Shown in pieces: positions 9,179-19,556 of a DNA stretch of 64,000 bases (positions within the stretch are counted from its first letter, which is position 1; each line of letters starts with the position of its first letter). The notes below the pieces were generated by a model. The model saw only the letters and a program-made list of their open reading frames with translations. It did no database searches and was not told the DNA's origin. The stretch spans positions 52,406 to 116,405 of IMG/VR virus record IMGVR_UViG_3300044712_002679; one strand, given 5' to 3'. The stretch comes from a virus. The translations under genes and the position numbers were made by a program.

Positions 9179-11209
9179 TTACCAACTACCACCACCTCCA
9201 CCACCACCAAAATCACCGCCACCGCTACTGAAGCTACTTCCACTATCATAACTACTGCTACTGCTACTTCCACTATCATAACTTGAATAGCTATTATAAG
9301 AATTTCTTCTACGATCTTCATCTTCCCGTTCTCTACGTCTACGATCTTCTTCTCTACGTCTACGATCTTCTTCTTCTTGTATCCTACGAATTCTTTCTAT
9401 TTCGTTTTGAATATCTTGTTTTATATTTCGTAGTAAATTGTCAAGTTCATCTATAATGTTTTTAAGCGTTTCTGCCCCATAAATCACATCAACAATAGGT
9501 GTGGTCATAAACATGGTAGCCTTTGATTTAAGTGTATTAAAAACAGATTTACGGTTAGATGTCACACCATCTTTATTGATATTATTTTCGATACTTGAAA
9601 TATAATCAGATATTTTAGATTTATTTAAACTTATATATGATAAGCTGTTGTTATAATCAGAAAATAACTTATTAATAGTTTCAAAATAATTTAAGATAGA
9701 TGTTTTTTCTAATAAATATGCATTGTATGTTTTTATTGCATTATCTAAATCATCATTTTTTAAAAATTTTTCACTATCAACCAATAATAATCTTAAATTG
9801 TTATCAATTTCATCAATATTAATATTTTTTGAAAAATCACCAATTTTTGCATTAGATAAAATATTTTTTTGTTCTAAATAATTTAAATATGATTTTTTTA
9901 AAGATTTTGTAATGTTTATAATAAATGAATTAATTTCATCAACAATATCATTAACCTTATCGAGTTTAATTTTAAATGCATTAAATTTAGAATTAATAAT
10001 ATTTATCGTTTTTTTGAGTTTGATTAAATTTTCTGTTGTATATTCAGTATTGATTTCGATAATATTTAATATTAAATTTAATTCATTTATATTTGATTCA
10101 ATACAATATCTAAATTTGTGTTCAACCCAATTAGATATTTCTATTTTCTTATTTTCAAGATATTTAATACATTCATTAATATCTAATATCATTTTTTTAT
10201 AATCAGATAACTTATTATATACTGTCTGTAGTTCAGTTTGAGTTTCAGTAGTTACAATTTTTGAATCCATATATAAATCTTCAAGGTCTTTTGGTAATTT
10301 TATATTTAATTCAGAAAATGAATTATAAATTTTTTGAATATCATCGGTTATACCTAATATACTTGTTACTAATTTCTTATATTTTACCAATTCAAATTTA
10401 ATATTATTATTATAATTTTTGGTATCTTCAGTTATAAGTTTTTTTGTCAAATGGAAAATTCTAGAATTATACATATTTTCAAGATTAATAGGTAATTTGT
10501 ACCCACTAGAAATAATCCAAGAATAAAGTGTATTAATATCAAAATTAATAGTATTTATTTCATTTTTTAATTTTAAAAGTACTTGTTTTCTTTTATTTAA
10601 GAAATATATCAAATATCCAATACCTGCTAATAGTATTAAAATTAATAATATATTCAACAAATGACTAAAAAAATTAGATACAGCAGCTTTATGTTCAGCA
10701 GCTTTACGTTCCTTATTTTTTATTAAAAAAGCATAACCATCAAATCCGATTTTATCCTGACATGCAACAATAAATGCACGTAAGCCATCATAATACAATT
10801 CATTTTTAAAATATGGAATTAGATCTGAATCTCTATATCTAGATAACCAACCATCAGGTAAAAATTCTTCAAGTCCATATCCTGTTCGGTATTCAATATG
10901 TCGTTGAGCTTTTGAAAAAATTATAACAAATCCATTATTAAGTCCTTTTTGACCAATTTTCCATTGTTTAGCCAAATCAGTAGAATACATAAAATCAAAA
11001 TTCGCAGAAGTCGCTAAACAAAATTGAATAGATGTTTTTGCTTCATAATCTTTCATTATATTTATTAAATCAGCTTTTTCATCTGGTGTGAACACACCTT
11101 CAAGATCAACCACATAGTTATCTGGTTCTGCTATATCCATTAAATTTTGACATAACACACTTGAATAACTTAAAATAATAATAAATACTAATAATACTAT
11201 TTTTTTCAT
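9179..11209 (-). CDS. TPM-domain (YgcG-like) membrane protein with long coiled-coil insert and Gly-rich C-terminus
   Basis: Signal peptide, then a TPM/TLP18.3-like N-domain (LEGVFTPDEKADLINIMKDYEAKTSIQF...). One TM helix follows (LLNILLILILLAGIGYLIYFL). There is a long Asn/Ile-rich coiled coil, an EEDRRRRE repeat, and a terminal SSGGGDFGGGGGGGSW tail as in E. coli YgcG. Confidence 0.65.
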   Translation of the reverse strand: MKKIVLLVFIIILSYSSVLCQNLMDIAEPDNYVVDLEGVFTPDEKADLINIMKDYEAKTSIQFCLATSANFDFMYSTDLAKQWKIGQKGLNNGFVIIFSKAQRHIEYRTGYGLEEFLPDGWLSRYRDSDLIPYFKNELYYDGLRAFIVACQDKIGFDGYAFLIKNKERKAAEHKAAVSNFFSHLLNILLILILLAGIGYLIYFLNKRKQVLLKLKNEINTINFDINTLYSWIISSGYKLPINLENMYNSRIFHLTKKLITEDTKNYNNNIKFELVKYKKLVTSILGITDDIQKIYNSFSELNIKLPKDLEDLYMDSKIVTTETQTELQTVYNKLSDYKKMILDINECIKYLENKKIEISNWVEHKFRYCIESNINELNLILNIIEINTEYTTENLIKLKKTINIINSKFNAFKIKLDKVNDIVDEINSFIINITKSLKKSYLNYLEQKNILSNAKIGDFSKNINIDEIDNNLRLLLVDSEKFLKNDDLDNAIKTYNAYLLEKTSILNYFETINKLFSDYNNSLSYISLNKSKISDYISSIENNINKDGVTSNRKSVFNTLKSKATMFMTTPIVDVIYGAETLKNIIDELDNLLRNIKQDIQNEIERIRRIQEEEDRRRREEDRRRREREDEDRRRNSYNSYSSYDSGSSSSSSYDSGSSFSSGGGDFGGGGGGGSW

Positions 11210-11329
11210 TTGAACAAGTTTTAATTAATAATTCAACAAAGATAGATATTTGTTTTTATAAAACCAAAAAATGACCCAAATATTTTAATATATAACTTAA
11301 CTTAAAATTCAAAAACAAAAGAATTAATT

Positions 11330-12640
11330 ATGACTCAAATCACTAAATTGAATAAATCAAATGAAAATATAATTGATTTATTACAAAACAAAGAATTACT
11401 CATATATGAAGATATACAAGGTGCGCAAATTTTTGTGAAATGGACTGGTCAAAAATTTATAATTAAACCTAAATCAATCAGCAATACAGAATTAAATTTT
11501 GTTGATTTAGCAACACAAAAATTTTATAATACGGTTTTTAATCATTGTTACACTCTACCTGAATATGTGACAAATTTATTATCACCAACTTGGTGGTTTT
11601 GTTTTGAATATTTTCCAGATAATCAACCTGCACATATTGAATATAAAAAAATTCCAAAAAATAATTTAATATTAACATGTATTGTTAAAGGAACTAAATA
11701 TAAATACAATTATGATGAAATAGTTGAATATGCTAAATTATTAGATGTTGATTCACTACCTGTAATATTTAAAGGAAAATTAAATGATAAACAATTAGAA
11801 GTTATAAATTTATTTTTACATACATCTGAAAATGATTTAGATTATGTTTTTGGTGAAAATAATTTTGCATATTTTTTTTATAAAATATTAAACCCAAATT
11901 TACAAAATTCGTTTTTGATGGATGATTTTAATGATAATTTAGAAAAAATTATAATTCGAATTGATGGAAATGATGAACAATCATTTGAAATATTCAATCC
12001 CAATTATGAAAAAATGAATTTGAGTAATAAAACTGAATATTTAGATACATATACATTAATATTGTTAAATTTTTTAGAATTCTTACAGCTTATTGATTTT
12101 GATAAAGTTAAATTGAAAGAAATCACAAAGGATGAACTATATATTGAATTTATTTCGATAGTTTTTAATGAATTTGCTGATAATATAAAAAAGGAAATAA
12201 AAACTTGGAACTTATCTATACCTGGATTTTTTTCTGATGATAAATTTAAAATTAATACATTTTTATTAAAAAATCAAAAAACAATAGATATAATTAAATC
12301 TGATGATAAATTTGAATATTTTTTTAAACTTATCTTAGGATCATTCAATAAAACAAAAAAGAAACCTATCGGTATTTTTGATGAAAAAACTGTTGAATTG
12401 TTTAATAAAGAAGTTAAAAAAATATCTAATTATTTAGAATCAGTATTAAAAATAAATCGTGAATATTTATTAAGAAATAATGACTTACTAAATTTTAAAG
12501 ATTATTTTAATGTCAATTATAACACAGATAGCCAAGGTGATATATATCCTGATGTGGATAAACTAATGTCAGAAATACCAGATGGTGAAGAAAAGAAAAA
12601 GAAATCATCTATGCCCCCAACAAAAAAACCTACTAAGTAG
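11330..12640 (+). CDS. hypothetical protein (ends in tandem TAG-TAG)
   Basis: 436-aa ORF; the stop is tag tag. Confidence 0.5.
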   Translation: MTQITKLNKSNENIIDLLQNKELLIYEDIQGAQIFVKWTGQKFIIKPKSISNTELNFVDLATQKFYNTVFNHCYTLPEYVTNLLSPTWWFCFEYFPDNQPAHIEYKKIPKNNLILTCIVKGTKYKYNYDEIVEYAKLLDVDSLPVIFKGKLNDKQLEVINLFLHTSENDLDYVFGENNFAYFFYKILNPNLQNSFLMDDFNDNLEKIIIRIDGNDEQSFEIFNPNYEKMNLSNKTEYLDTYTLILLNFLEFLQLIDFDKVKLKEITKDELYIEFISIVFNEFADNIKKEIKTWNLSIPGFFSDDKFKINTFLLKNQKTIDIIKSDDKFEYFFKLILGSFNKTKKKPIGIFDEKTVELFNKEVKKISNYLESVLKINREYLLRNNDLLNFKDYFNVNYNTDSQGDIYPDVDKLMSEIPDGEEKKKKSSMPPTKKPTK

Positions 12641-13466
12641 TAGGTTTTTTTATTATATTATTTTGATAACTTCTAATACAGGATCGACAACTTGGGATAA
12701 AAACACCATAAAACCGTGTATTAATTTCTTTAAACACTTCCCTAAATCCACTTTCTAAATAATTTTCAACATTTTCATATTTCCAACACCCAAATCCACA
12801 TTTATAAATATCACCTTCTTCATCAATTAAAAAAGAATATTTTTTATCCGGATTACTACAATATGTTCCAAACATTGAATAACGTCCATACGTAAACATA
12901 GACCTACCAATAGGAATCATATCTTCTTCTTTTTCTTTTAAAGTCGATTCAAATGTTTTAATATTATATTTTGTTAAATATTCTTTCGCTTTTTCATTAT
13001 TTATATTGTGATGAAAACTATCTTTAGATATTGATACATAAATATTATCAAATTGTGATAAAAATTTTGCAAAATCATCATCAATTGCAGCCCAATCACC
13101 GTTTGATACTATTCTAACAACTTGGGCTACTGGAATTATATTTAATAGAATATCTTTGTAGTTTGGATTACAAAATATTTCACCACCCATAACATTTAAT
13201 GAATATACTCCATTATTTTTAATGAATTTACTAATTTTTAATGATGTTTCAATAGACATATGGATATCATTGTTTGGTGAACATTCATAACAACAATGAC
13301 TACAAGATTGGGTGCATTTTAATGTTATTCTAATAGTAGCTGATAAACGTTTAGGACATTCTTTAAAAACATTACATGTTGAACAATTACATTTATGTTC
13401 AGTTTTATTACATACTTTATCTAAACAGATATCACAAGCTGGAAATTTATCAAAAAAATCTTTCAT
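12633..13466 (-). CDS. radical SAM enzyme (Cys-rich N-extension, possible auxiliary cluster)
   Basis: CTQSCSHC fits CX3CX2C within ...TLKCTQSCSHCCYEC. Extra Cys motifs occur N-terminally (CDICLDKVC, CNCSTC) and C-terminally (CGFGC). The stop is also a tandem TAG-TAG. Confidence 0.65.
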   Translation of the reverse strand: MKDFFDKFPACDICLDKVCNKTEHKCNCSTCNVFKECPKRLSATIRITLKCTQSCSHCCYECSPNNDIHMSIETSLKISKFIKNNGVYSLNVMGGEIFCNPNYKDILLNIIPVAQVVRIVSNGDWAAIDDDFAKFLSQFDNIYVSISKDSFHHNINNEKAKEYLTKYNIKTFESTLKEKEEDMIPIGRSMFTYGRYSMFGTYCSNPDKKYSFLIDEEGDIYKCGFGCWKYENVENYLESGFREVFKEINTRFYGVFIPSCRSCIRSYQNNIIKKPTT

Positions 13467-13522
13467 TTTTAATTTTTTATAAATTCAGCACAAAGATAAT
13501 ATAATAATAGATAAGAACAAAT

Positions 13523-14197
13523 TTAATTTGGAATATTTAACTGATTTTTTATATAAATATAGTCATCATCACACATTTTACCACTTGAAAAACAACTATA
13601 ATTCCAATCATCATTAATTTTTCCTTTTGATAACATATGACATAAATTCATAACATAATGTCCCTTTGATCCTAATATACGATAATTATCATTTTGGGGT
13701 TGAGTTTCAAATTCCCAAGGAGTTTTTACATCTTTTAAATAATTTAAAAAAAACATTCTATTCCAAATTGAATTTATTAATGATAATCTATAATTAACAT
13801 TTTGATATAATTCGATAATATTATCATTCACATAAAACCAACCTTGATATACTTTAAGGCTTTTATCATCTAGAATAGATATAACTCGTGATTCAATATC
13901 TTTTGTTAATCCAATTCTACCAACACTATTATCTAAATGCATTTCTAATTTTTTTAATAATTCTGTATCAACATCAGACATAAGAATCATATCATTTAAT
14001 ATTAATATAAAAAAATCATCATCAATATTAGAAAAATAATTATAAAAATCATCAGCCCAAAATTCGGGTGAACGATATTCATTACTAAATTTAATTATAT
14101 TTAAATCTATATTGTTACTCCAATATTTATTTATAGAATATTTTAAAATGTTTGTAATGTGTTCTGTACCTTGTGGTTCATGTACGTATACTTTCAT
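13523..14197 (-). CDS. hypothetical protein
   Basis: 224-aa ORF; overlaps the NUDIX gene in ATGA. Confidence 0.45.
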   Translation of the reverse strand: MKVYVHEPQGTEHITNILKYSINKYWSNNIDLNIIKFSNEYRSPEFWADDFYNYFSNIDDDFFILILNDMILMSDVDTELLKKLEMHLDNSVGRIGLTKDIESRVISILDDKSLKVYQGWFYVNDNIIELYQNVNYRLSLINSIWNRMFFLNYLKDVKTPWEFETQPQNDNYRILGSKGHYVMNLCHMLSKGKINDDWNYSCFSSGKMCDDDYIYIKNQLNIPN

Positions 14198-14691
14198 AAA
14201 ATAGCATCTTTTATGATTTTTAGTGATTTATAATCATTTAATAATAATTCTAATCCTGGATGTTTTTTCTTTAAATTCAATAATTCTTCAAATGTAACCC
14301 ATTTATAACCATCTGATTCCCAATTTAATATTGGTTTAAATTCCTTATCAATAATTCCTATAAAATTGTGGTATTCGAATGTTCTATTACCATTTCTAAA
14401 AATATAAGCTGGTATTAATTCTAAATAATCATTATACCCTGTTTCTTGATCTAATTCATAAATAACGGTATCTTCCAAACTATCACCTTCTTCTACTTTA
14501 CCACCCCACAAACCCCATGTATGAGGTTCATTAACATACGATGATCTATAACAAAGTAATATTCTTTTTGTTTCAGTTGATATTGGCAAACATCCTGCTG
14601 CAACATTACCCCAAAATGCTTCACCAGCATCATTATCATATACTGCGTGAGTACCATCACCAAAATATTCGAAGGTTTTTATATATTTCAT
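14194..14691 (-). CDS. NUDIX hydrolase
   Basis: Nudix box GGKVEEGDSLEDTVIYELDQETG (GX5EX7REUXEEXGU pattern); 165 aa. Confidence 0.75.
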   Translation of the reverse strand: MKYIKTFEYFGDGTHAVYDNDAGEAFWGNVAAGCLPISTETKRILLCYRSSYVNEPHTWGLWGGKVEEGDSLEDTVIYELDQETGYNDYLELIPAYIFRNGNRTFEYHNFIGIIDKEFKPILNWESDGYKWVTFEELLNLKKKHPGLELLLNDYKSLKIIKDAIL

Positions 14692-15179
14692 AAAATATTA
14701 TATTTTTTTGCTTTTTTATATATTAGATATTCTTCAATATTGAATGTTTTATATTTTTTTGATCCACCAAAAAAATATATTTTATCATCATCACCAACTT
14801 CAATATCAATTTCACCCAATTGGGCTAATAATATTCGTATTAATTCATTTTTTTGCTTATCATAAATATCATCCCAAAATCCTACACCATGACCATTTCT
14901 TTGATACCATATATATCCACCTACCGAATCATCAGATATATCTTCAAATATATCTTTATCTAACTCAATTGCTGTATTTATAAACCATTCTATTTCTTCT
15001 TTTGCTTGTTTTCTAGCGTCATCACTAAAATCATAAATTGTTTTATTTTTATTAATTAAATCTTGGTGTGTATCTTCACCTGTAAATAACGCTGTTACGA
15101 AATAATCATTAATTATGTTATCTATACCATAATCAATTAATACATTTTCATTTAAAAATAATTTAAATTTAGTTATCAT
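14688..15179 (-). CDS. small-protein paralog family member (C-terminal KKYNIL)
   Basis: EIDIEVGDDDKIYFFGG...NIEEYLIYKKAKKYNIL. The last 20 nt are identical to the 3' end of 42181..42516. Confidence 0.5.
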   Translation of the reverse strand: MITKFKLFLNENVLIDYGIDNIINDYFVTALFTGEDTHQDLINKNKTIYDFSDDARKQAKEEIEWFINTAIELDKDIFEDISDDSVGGYIWYQRNGHGVGFWDDIYDKQKNELIRILLAQLGEIDIEVGDDDKIYFFGGSKKYKTFNIEEYLIYKKAKKYNIL

Positions 15180-15206
15180 ATTATTATATATAAATTATTG
15201 AAAATA

Positions 15207-15235
15207 AAAAAAGCCCCAATATGGAGCTTTTTTAT
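15207..15235 (-). terminator. intrinsic terminator downstream of 15253..15726
   Basis: aaaaaaagccccaatatggagcttttttt: imperfect hairpin with flanking A-run and T-run. Confidence 0.5.
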
Positions 15236-15252
15236 TTATATGTATATAAAAA

Positions 15253-15726
15253 TTATGACAATAATACAATTTTCCAACCTTTTCGGACACCAACTTTTTT
15301 TATTTCAAGATTTAATCTGTCTTCAATAAGTCCAATCATAAATCCATATGTTCTTTTGTGTAATTCACGATCCCTAAGAATATTTAATTTATTGCTTTCA
15401 AAATTTTTTCTATATTCTTCGAGTTCTTTTTGAAAATGGCAATCATTTTCATGATCAACTAACATCAAACAATGTTGATCAACAACACAACCATCAATAT
15501 TCTTTGAACTTTCACGTAATTCTTTTAATGCATCAGTTTCATATAGACTTTTCATATATGACCAAAGACCCTTTTCCAAATCTGTCATATCACCAACAAC
15601 AATTTCATTTTGTGAAATTTCTTGATCTACTTCTGTGTATTCACCATTTTCCATGTATAGTATTGCTTTTTCAACAAAAGTATCTTTAAATGCAACACTT
15701 AATTGTTTAATTGTGTTTTGATTCAT
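15253..15726 (-). CDS. hypothetical protein
   Basis: 157-aa ORF. Confidence 0.45.
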   Translation of the reverse strand: MNQNTIKQLSVAFKDTFVEKAILYMENGEYTEVDQEISQNEIVVGDMTDLEKGLWSYMKSLYETDALKELRESSKNIDGCVVDQHCLMLVDHENDCHFQKELEEYRKNFESNKLNILRDRELHKRTYGFMIGLIEDRLNLEIKKVGVRKGWKIVLLS

Positions 15727-15752
15727 AATTTTTATTTTTAATTTATTATACG

Positions 15753-16721
15753 TTATATTTTATCAATATTTTCTTTTATTGATTTATTATCAAGTGTATG
15801 ATTAGCTTTTTTACCAATCTTTTTGATAATAGCATCCAATGTTAAATTACAATATTCATCAACCCAATCACCGATATAATATAAATTTTTTGATCCTACG
15901 ATAACACCAAATAATATTGGGTCTTTTCTTTTTTCTTTTTCTTCATTTGTTTCTGATACCGAATCATTATTATAATCATAATGCATAATTACATAATTAT
16001 CAAAAATTTTAAGTTCATCTGCTTCTTTTTTTAATTTTGTTATATCATCAGGAATAACTTTAACAAAATTTTTAATGTAAGTTAAACACAATTTTGTTTT
16101 TAGTTTTTCGTGTACTGAAGCAACATTATAAAATTTAACAACTTCATCTTCGGTAAGATATTTGTTGAATTTTGATTGACATAAAATTAATTCCGATTTG
16201 AGAATTTCAGCATATTCTAAAATTCTTTCAACAAGAGCAGTTTGATTATTGTCCTGGGCATTTAATACAGTTAGTTGATATTTATCTAATACTTCATTAA
16301 TACTATCTTTATCTAGTATATTTACGTTGTTTTTTATCGTATCAAAAAATAATTTTAAATCTTCTTGGGATATTTCCTTTTTTAAAATTTCTGATGTTAA
16401 ATATTTTTTGAATATTTTTTTATATGCCCAAATTTGACATTTTAATTTAAACGTTGGTTTATTGGAATATAAACTTTGTAATGATTGCAAAGCTTTAATT
16501 CTAGCTTGTTGTCCATCATTTGATCCAATCCAATTATTAGATATATTACCACCAACTATTCCAAAATTCACATTAGATGAACCAAATGGATCTAATTCTA
16601 TTTTAAATTTAGGTAAATTATTATCTATTGATACATTCTGCAATAACAAAATTTTTCCATCTTTTATCATATGATTAATATTTAATTTTTTGTGAATATA
16701 TAACAATTTTTTAATTTCCAA
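15753..16721 (-). CDS. hypothetical protein
   Basis: 322-aa ORF. Confidence 0.45.
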   Translation of the reverse strand: MEIKKLLYIHKKLNINHMIKDGKILLLQNVSIDNNLPKFKIELDPFGSSNVNFGIVGGNISNNWIGSNDGQQARIKALQSLQSLYSNKPTFKLKCQIWAYKKIFKKYLTSEILKKEISQEDLKLFFDTIKNNVNILDKDSINEVLDKYQLTVLNAQDNNQTALVERILEYAEILKSELILCQSKFNKYLTEDEVVKFYNVASVHEKLKTKLCLTYIKNFVKVIPDDITKLKKEADELKIFDNYVIMHYDYNNDSVSETNEEKEKRKDPILFGVIVGSKNLYYIGDWVDEYCNLTLDAIIKKIGKKANHTLDNKSIKENIDKI

Positions 16722-16767
16722 AAAATATTGTAATTATTTTATTTCAATGTACGTTCTGTATATATTG

Positions 16768-17793
16768 TTATTTTTTATGAATTGGACAATTTGGATCAAA
16801 TATTGGAGTTTCGCTTGGATATAATTCAACATTATCTATTTTTGGACAAGTACATTTTGGTGTTTCCCAAAATTTATGATAGGAAACATCTTCCTTTTCA
16901 CCATACAATATTTGCATATTATATTCAATGTTTGTTAACTTTTTATAATATTTTTGTAAATTATCAGTATTGGATTTGATTTCATCATAAATTTTAAGTT
17001 TTTCTAATAAACAGTTTTTTAATTTATCTAAATTCTCAGTAATTAATATTCTATCTAAGTTTACCCATTCTCTTAATTTTTTATATTTGACTAGATATAT
17101 ATCATTAGATTCAATTTTTTCTAACATATCTTCAAATGAAATATTATTTTCTTTTAAATCTTGAAATTCTTGTAAATCCAATTCAGTTATTGATTCTTCA
17201 ATTTCTTGAAACATTTCATTTTTATCTTGTGGTCCACCATGAAATGATATTTCATAAAAAATTGCATTAAATAATTCAAAAAGTGTAAATGATTTATTAC
17301 CGATTTTTAAAACTATATCATCTTTTTTATTTTCGATTTTATTATAATCAACAATTTCAATATTTGTATTTATTTTTATTTTACAATTTTTTATATTATT
17401 TAATCCAATAAAATCGAGCGCACAATCATCTAATTTTGGTGATATACCATGAAGTGATGGTAATATATTTACATCATCATCACATTTATCACACAACCAA
17501 TATAATTCAATATAATCAATATCCAATATTTCTGTTGGATTATTTTCAATTTCTTGTAAATATGGTTCAAGCATAAGACCACCCAAAGCAGATTCATATA
17601 TATTGTTCAATTTATCTATATTAGCAGACACTATTTCGAAAATTCTTTTTATTGTTACACTTTCGCCAAGTTCAACATATTCAGATAAAAAGCTTATAAT
17701 ATCTTCAATATCTAAAATATCCACTTCATCCTTAGATGAAGTGGATATTGAATATTCACTATAATAAATATTATTGTTAGTTATTGTTATCAT
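16768..17793 (-). CDS. hypothetical protein (acidic, Cys pair CTCPK...CPIH at C-terminus)
   Basis: 341-aa ORF. Confidence 0.45.
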   Translation of the reverse strand: MITITNNNIYYSEYSISTSSKDEVDILDIEDIISFLSEYVELGESVTIKRIFEIVSANIDKLNNIYESALGGLMLEPYLQEIENNPTEILDIDYIELYWLCDKCDDDVNILPSLHGISPKLDDCALDFIGLNNIKNCKIKINTNIEIVDYNKIENKKDDIVLKIGNKSFTLFELFNAIFYEISFHGGPQDKNEMFQEIEESITELDLQEFQDLKENNISFEDMLEKIESNDIYLVKYKKLREWVNLDRILITENLDKLKNCLLEKLKIYDEIKSNTDNLQKYYKKLTNIEYNMQILYGEKEDVSYHKFWETPKCTCPKIDNVELYPSETPIFDPNCPIHKK

Positions 17794-18097
17794 TTAAATC
17801 AGATTTAGTTTCAATTACTGAATTATCTTCTACTACTGGAACAACATCTTCTGATATTATTTCTACATTACTTAAATCCACTGAATCCCAATCTTCATTC
17901 AATTCATCAACATTTACATCAGGTCCAATAACTTCTTCTGTTGAAGTGTGTGCTTCTCTACTTGCCATCAATTCTTGCTGCATTTTGATATATTCTTCAA
18001 TTAACTTTTTTTTACGTGCTTTTTCTGCAATCTTAATATTAATTTTATATTTAGCAACCTTTTCACGATGACCTTTACGATGTTTAGATACTCCCAT
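17777..18097 (-). CDS. small basic-N/acidic-C protein
   Basis: MGVSKHRKGHREKVAKYK... then an acidic tail; 106 aa. Confidence 0.4.
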   Translation of the reverse strand: MGVSKHRKGHREKVAKYKINIKIAEKARKKKLIEEYIKMQQELMASREAHTSTEEVIGPDVNVDELNEDWDSVDLSNVEIISEDVVPVVEDNSVIETKSDLNDNNN

Positions 18098-18152
18098 AAT
18101 ATTTATTTTTTTCTTTATATAGAAAAATATTATGAAAAAGTTTAATAGAAAA

Positions 18153-18605
18153 TTAAAAGATAGATTTTATTTCTGTTACTATACCGTTTACGAATATTGG
18201 TTCAACAATTTGCCAATTTTCTATACGATTAGAATCAGCAGGTTTAGCACCAATAGGATTAATTGCTAATGTAATATGTGGAAATGATGGACCATCTGTG
18301 AGTTCTAGTTTTTCTATATTAAAAAATCCAGTAACTTTAACTGCAACAGCTTTATCACTTATACCCAATTCTGTTACAGTTAATGATACTTTTTCATCTA
18401 ACCAATAACGTTTTATATGTTCTGGTAATCCACCTAAACAAATTGTCATGTGATCACATATTTTAATCCAATCAGAATATATTGGATCATTATAAATAAA
18501 TTTTGATAGTAATAAATTCTTAGAATAAGAATCTAACACAATAGATGAATATACTATCGGTGTACCTGTTTTATAAAATTTAAAATCTTCAAACAATGTA
18601 ATCAT
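18153..18605 (-). CDS. 2H phosphoesterase superfamily protein (LigT/CPDase/Acb1-like)
   Basis: Two H-x-T-x motifs 58 aa apart (CDHMTICLGG and PHITLAIN) in a 150-aa protein, the size of minimal 2H enzymes. Confidence 0.55.
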   Translation of the reverse strand: MITLFEDFKFYKTGTPIVYSSIVLDSYSKNLLLSKFIYNDPIYSDWIKICDHMTICLGGLPEHIKRYWLDEKVSLTVTELGISDKAVAVKVTGFFNIEKLELTDGPSFPHITLAINPIGAKPADSNRIENWQIVEPIFVNGIVTEIKSIF

Positions 18606-18624
18606 AAAATATATATAAAATATT

Positions 18625-18660
18625 ATAATAAAAAAAAAAAGGAATCAAACGATTCCTATT
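18625..18660 (-). terminator. intrinsic terminator after 18663..19502
   Basis: On the minus strand: hairpin aggaatcgtttgattcct followed by a T11 run. Confidence 0.7.
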
Positions 18661-18662
18661 TA

Positions 18663-19502
18663 TTAAAGTGCATCACTATAAACTTTAACTATATTTAATA
18701 ATTTAATTTTATTATGAAAATAATCAGTACACACATCTGTATATGAAAAATTTAGATTTTTAAGATTTATCATAATATCAGATAATTCATCTTTAGTTTT
18801 TGTAATAAAACCGCCAACTTTATAGTTATTATAATAATAATTTAATATAGCTATATCTTCATTAAGTTCATTAGTGGTGTCATCATTAGTGGTATCTTCA
18901 TTAAGTTCATTAATCATATCTACCATATCATGATTGATATTTTGTCTAAATTGATCTACTATATCACTAATAACACTGTTAGATTTACCAAAAAAAATAT
19001 TAGGATCAATTTCATTATTATTTTCAGATTTTTCATGTTTTTTAATATTAATATTTTCACCTGTTAATGGTTTTTCATATAATGTTCGGTAATCCGTAAT
19101 TTTACTTTTTATCGTATCATTAGAATATTCTACAATATTTTTTGTATCAATTCTTTTAATGTGTTCAACAATATCTTCAAAAACATAATTGGTTTTACTA
19201 AAGAATTCTTCAGTATCAACACCAGTATAGGGTTTAAACAAATGTAGAAATAATATTTTTTGAATTTTACTACCATCATCTAATATATAATATGTTTGAT
19301 CTTGTTGTAATACTGTAACGATATGATTTGGGTCAGATTTGGATATATATTGTTTATTAATAGTATCCATATCATTATCTTTTATATATTTTTTGATAAC
19401 ATCTTCAATAAAAGAACTTTTATTGATGTTTTTTTCGGTTGTTAAAGAATCAAATATTTCGAACAATGATTCGTCAATTGAATAAGTTTTTGTTACTTTC
19501 AT
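18663..19502 (-). CDS. hypothetical protein
   Basis: 279-aa ORF with an internal NELNEDTTNDDTTNELNED repeat. Confidence 0.45.
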   Translation of the reverse strand: MKVTKTYSIDESLFEIFDSLTTEKNINKSSFIEDVIKKYIKDNDMDTINKQYISKSDPNHIVTVLQQDQTYYILDDGSKIQKILFLHLFKPYTGVDTEEFFSKTNYVFEDIVEHIKRIDTKNIVEYSNDTIKSKITDYRTLYEKPLTGENINIKKHEKSENNNEIDPNIFFGKSNSVISDIVDQFRQNINHDMVDMINELNEDTTNDDTTNELNEDIAILNYYYNNYKVGGFITKTKDELSDIMINLKNLNFSYTDVCTDYFHNKIKLLNIVKVYSDAL

Positions 19503-19556
19503 GGTATTTAATTTTTTAAAGTATATATATTTAAATTAATGTCATAAATAACATTT

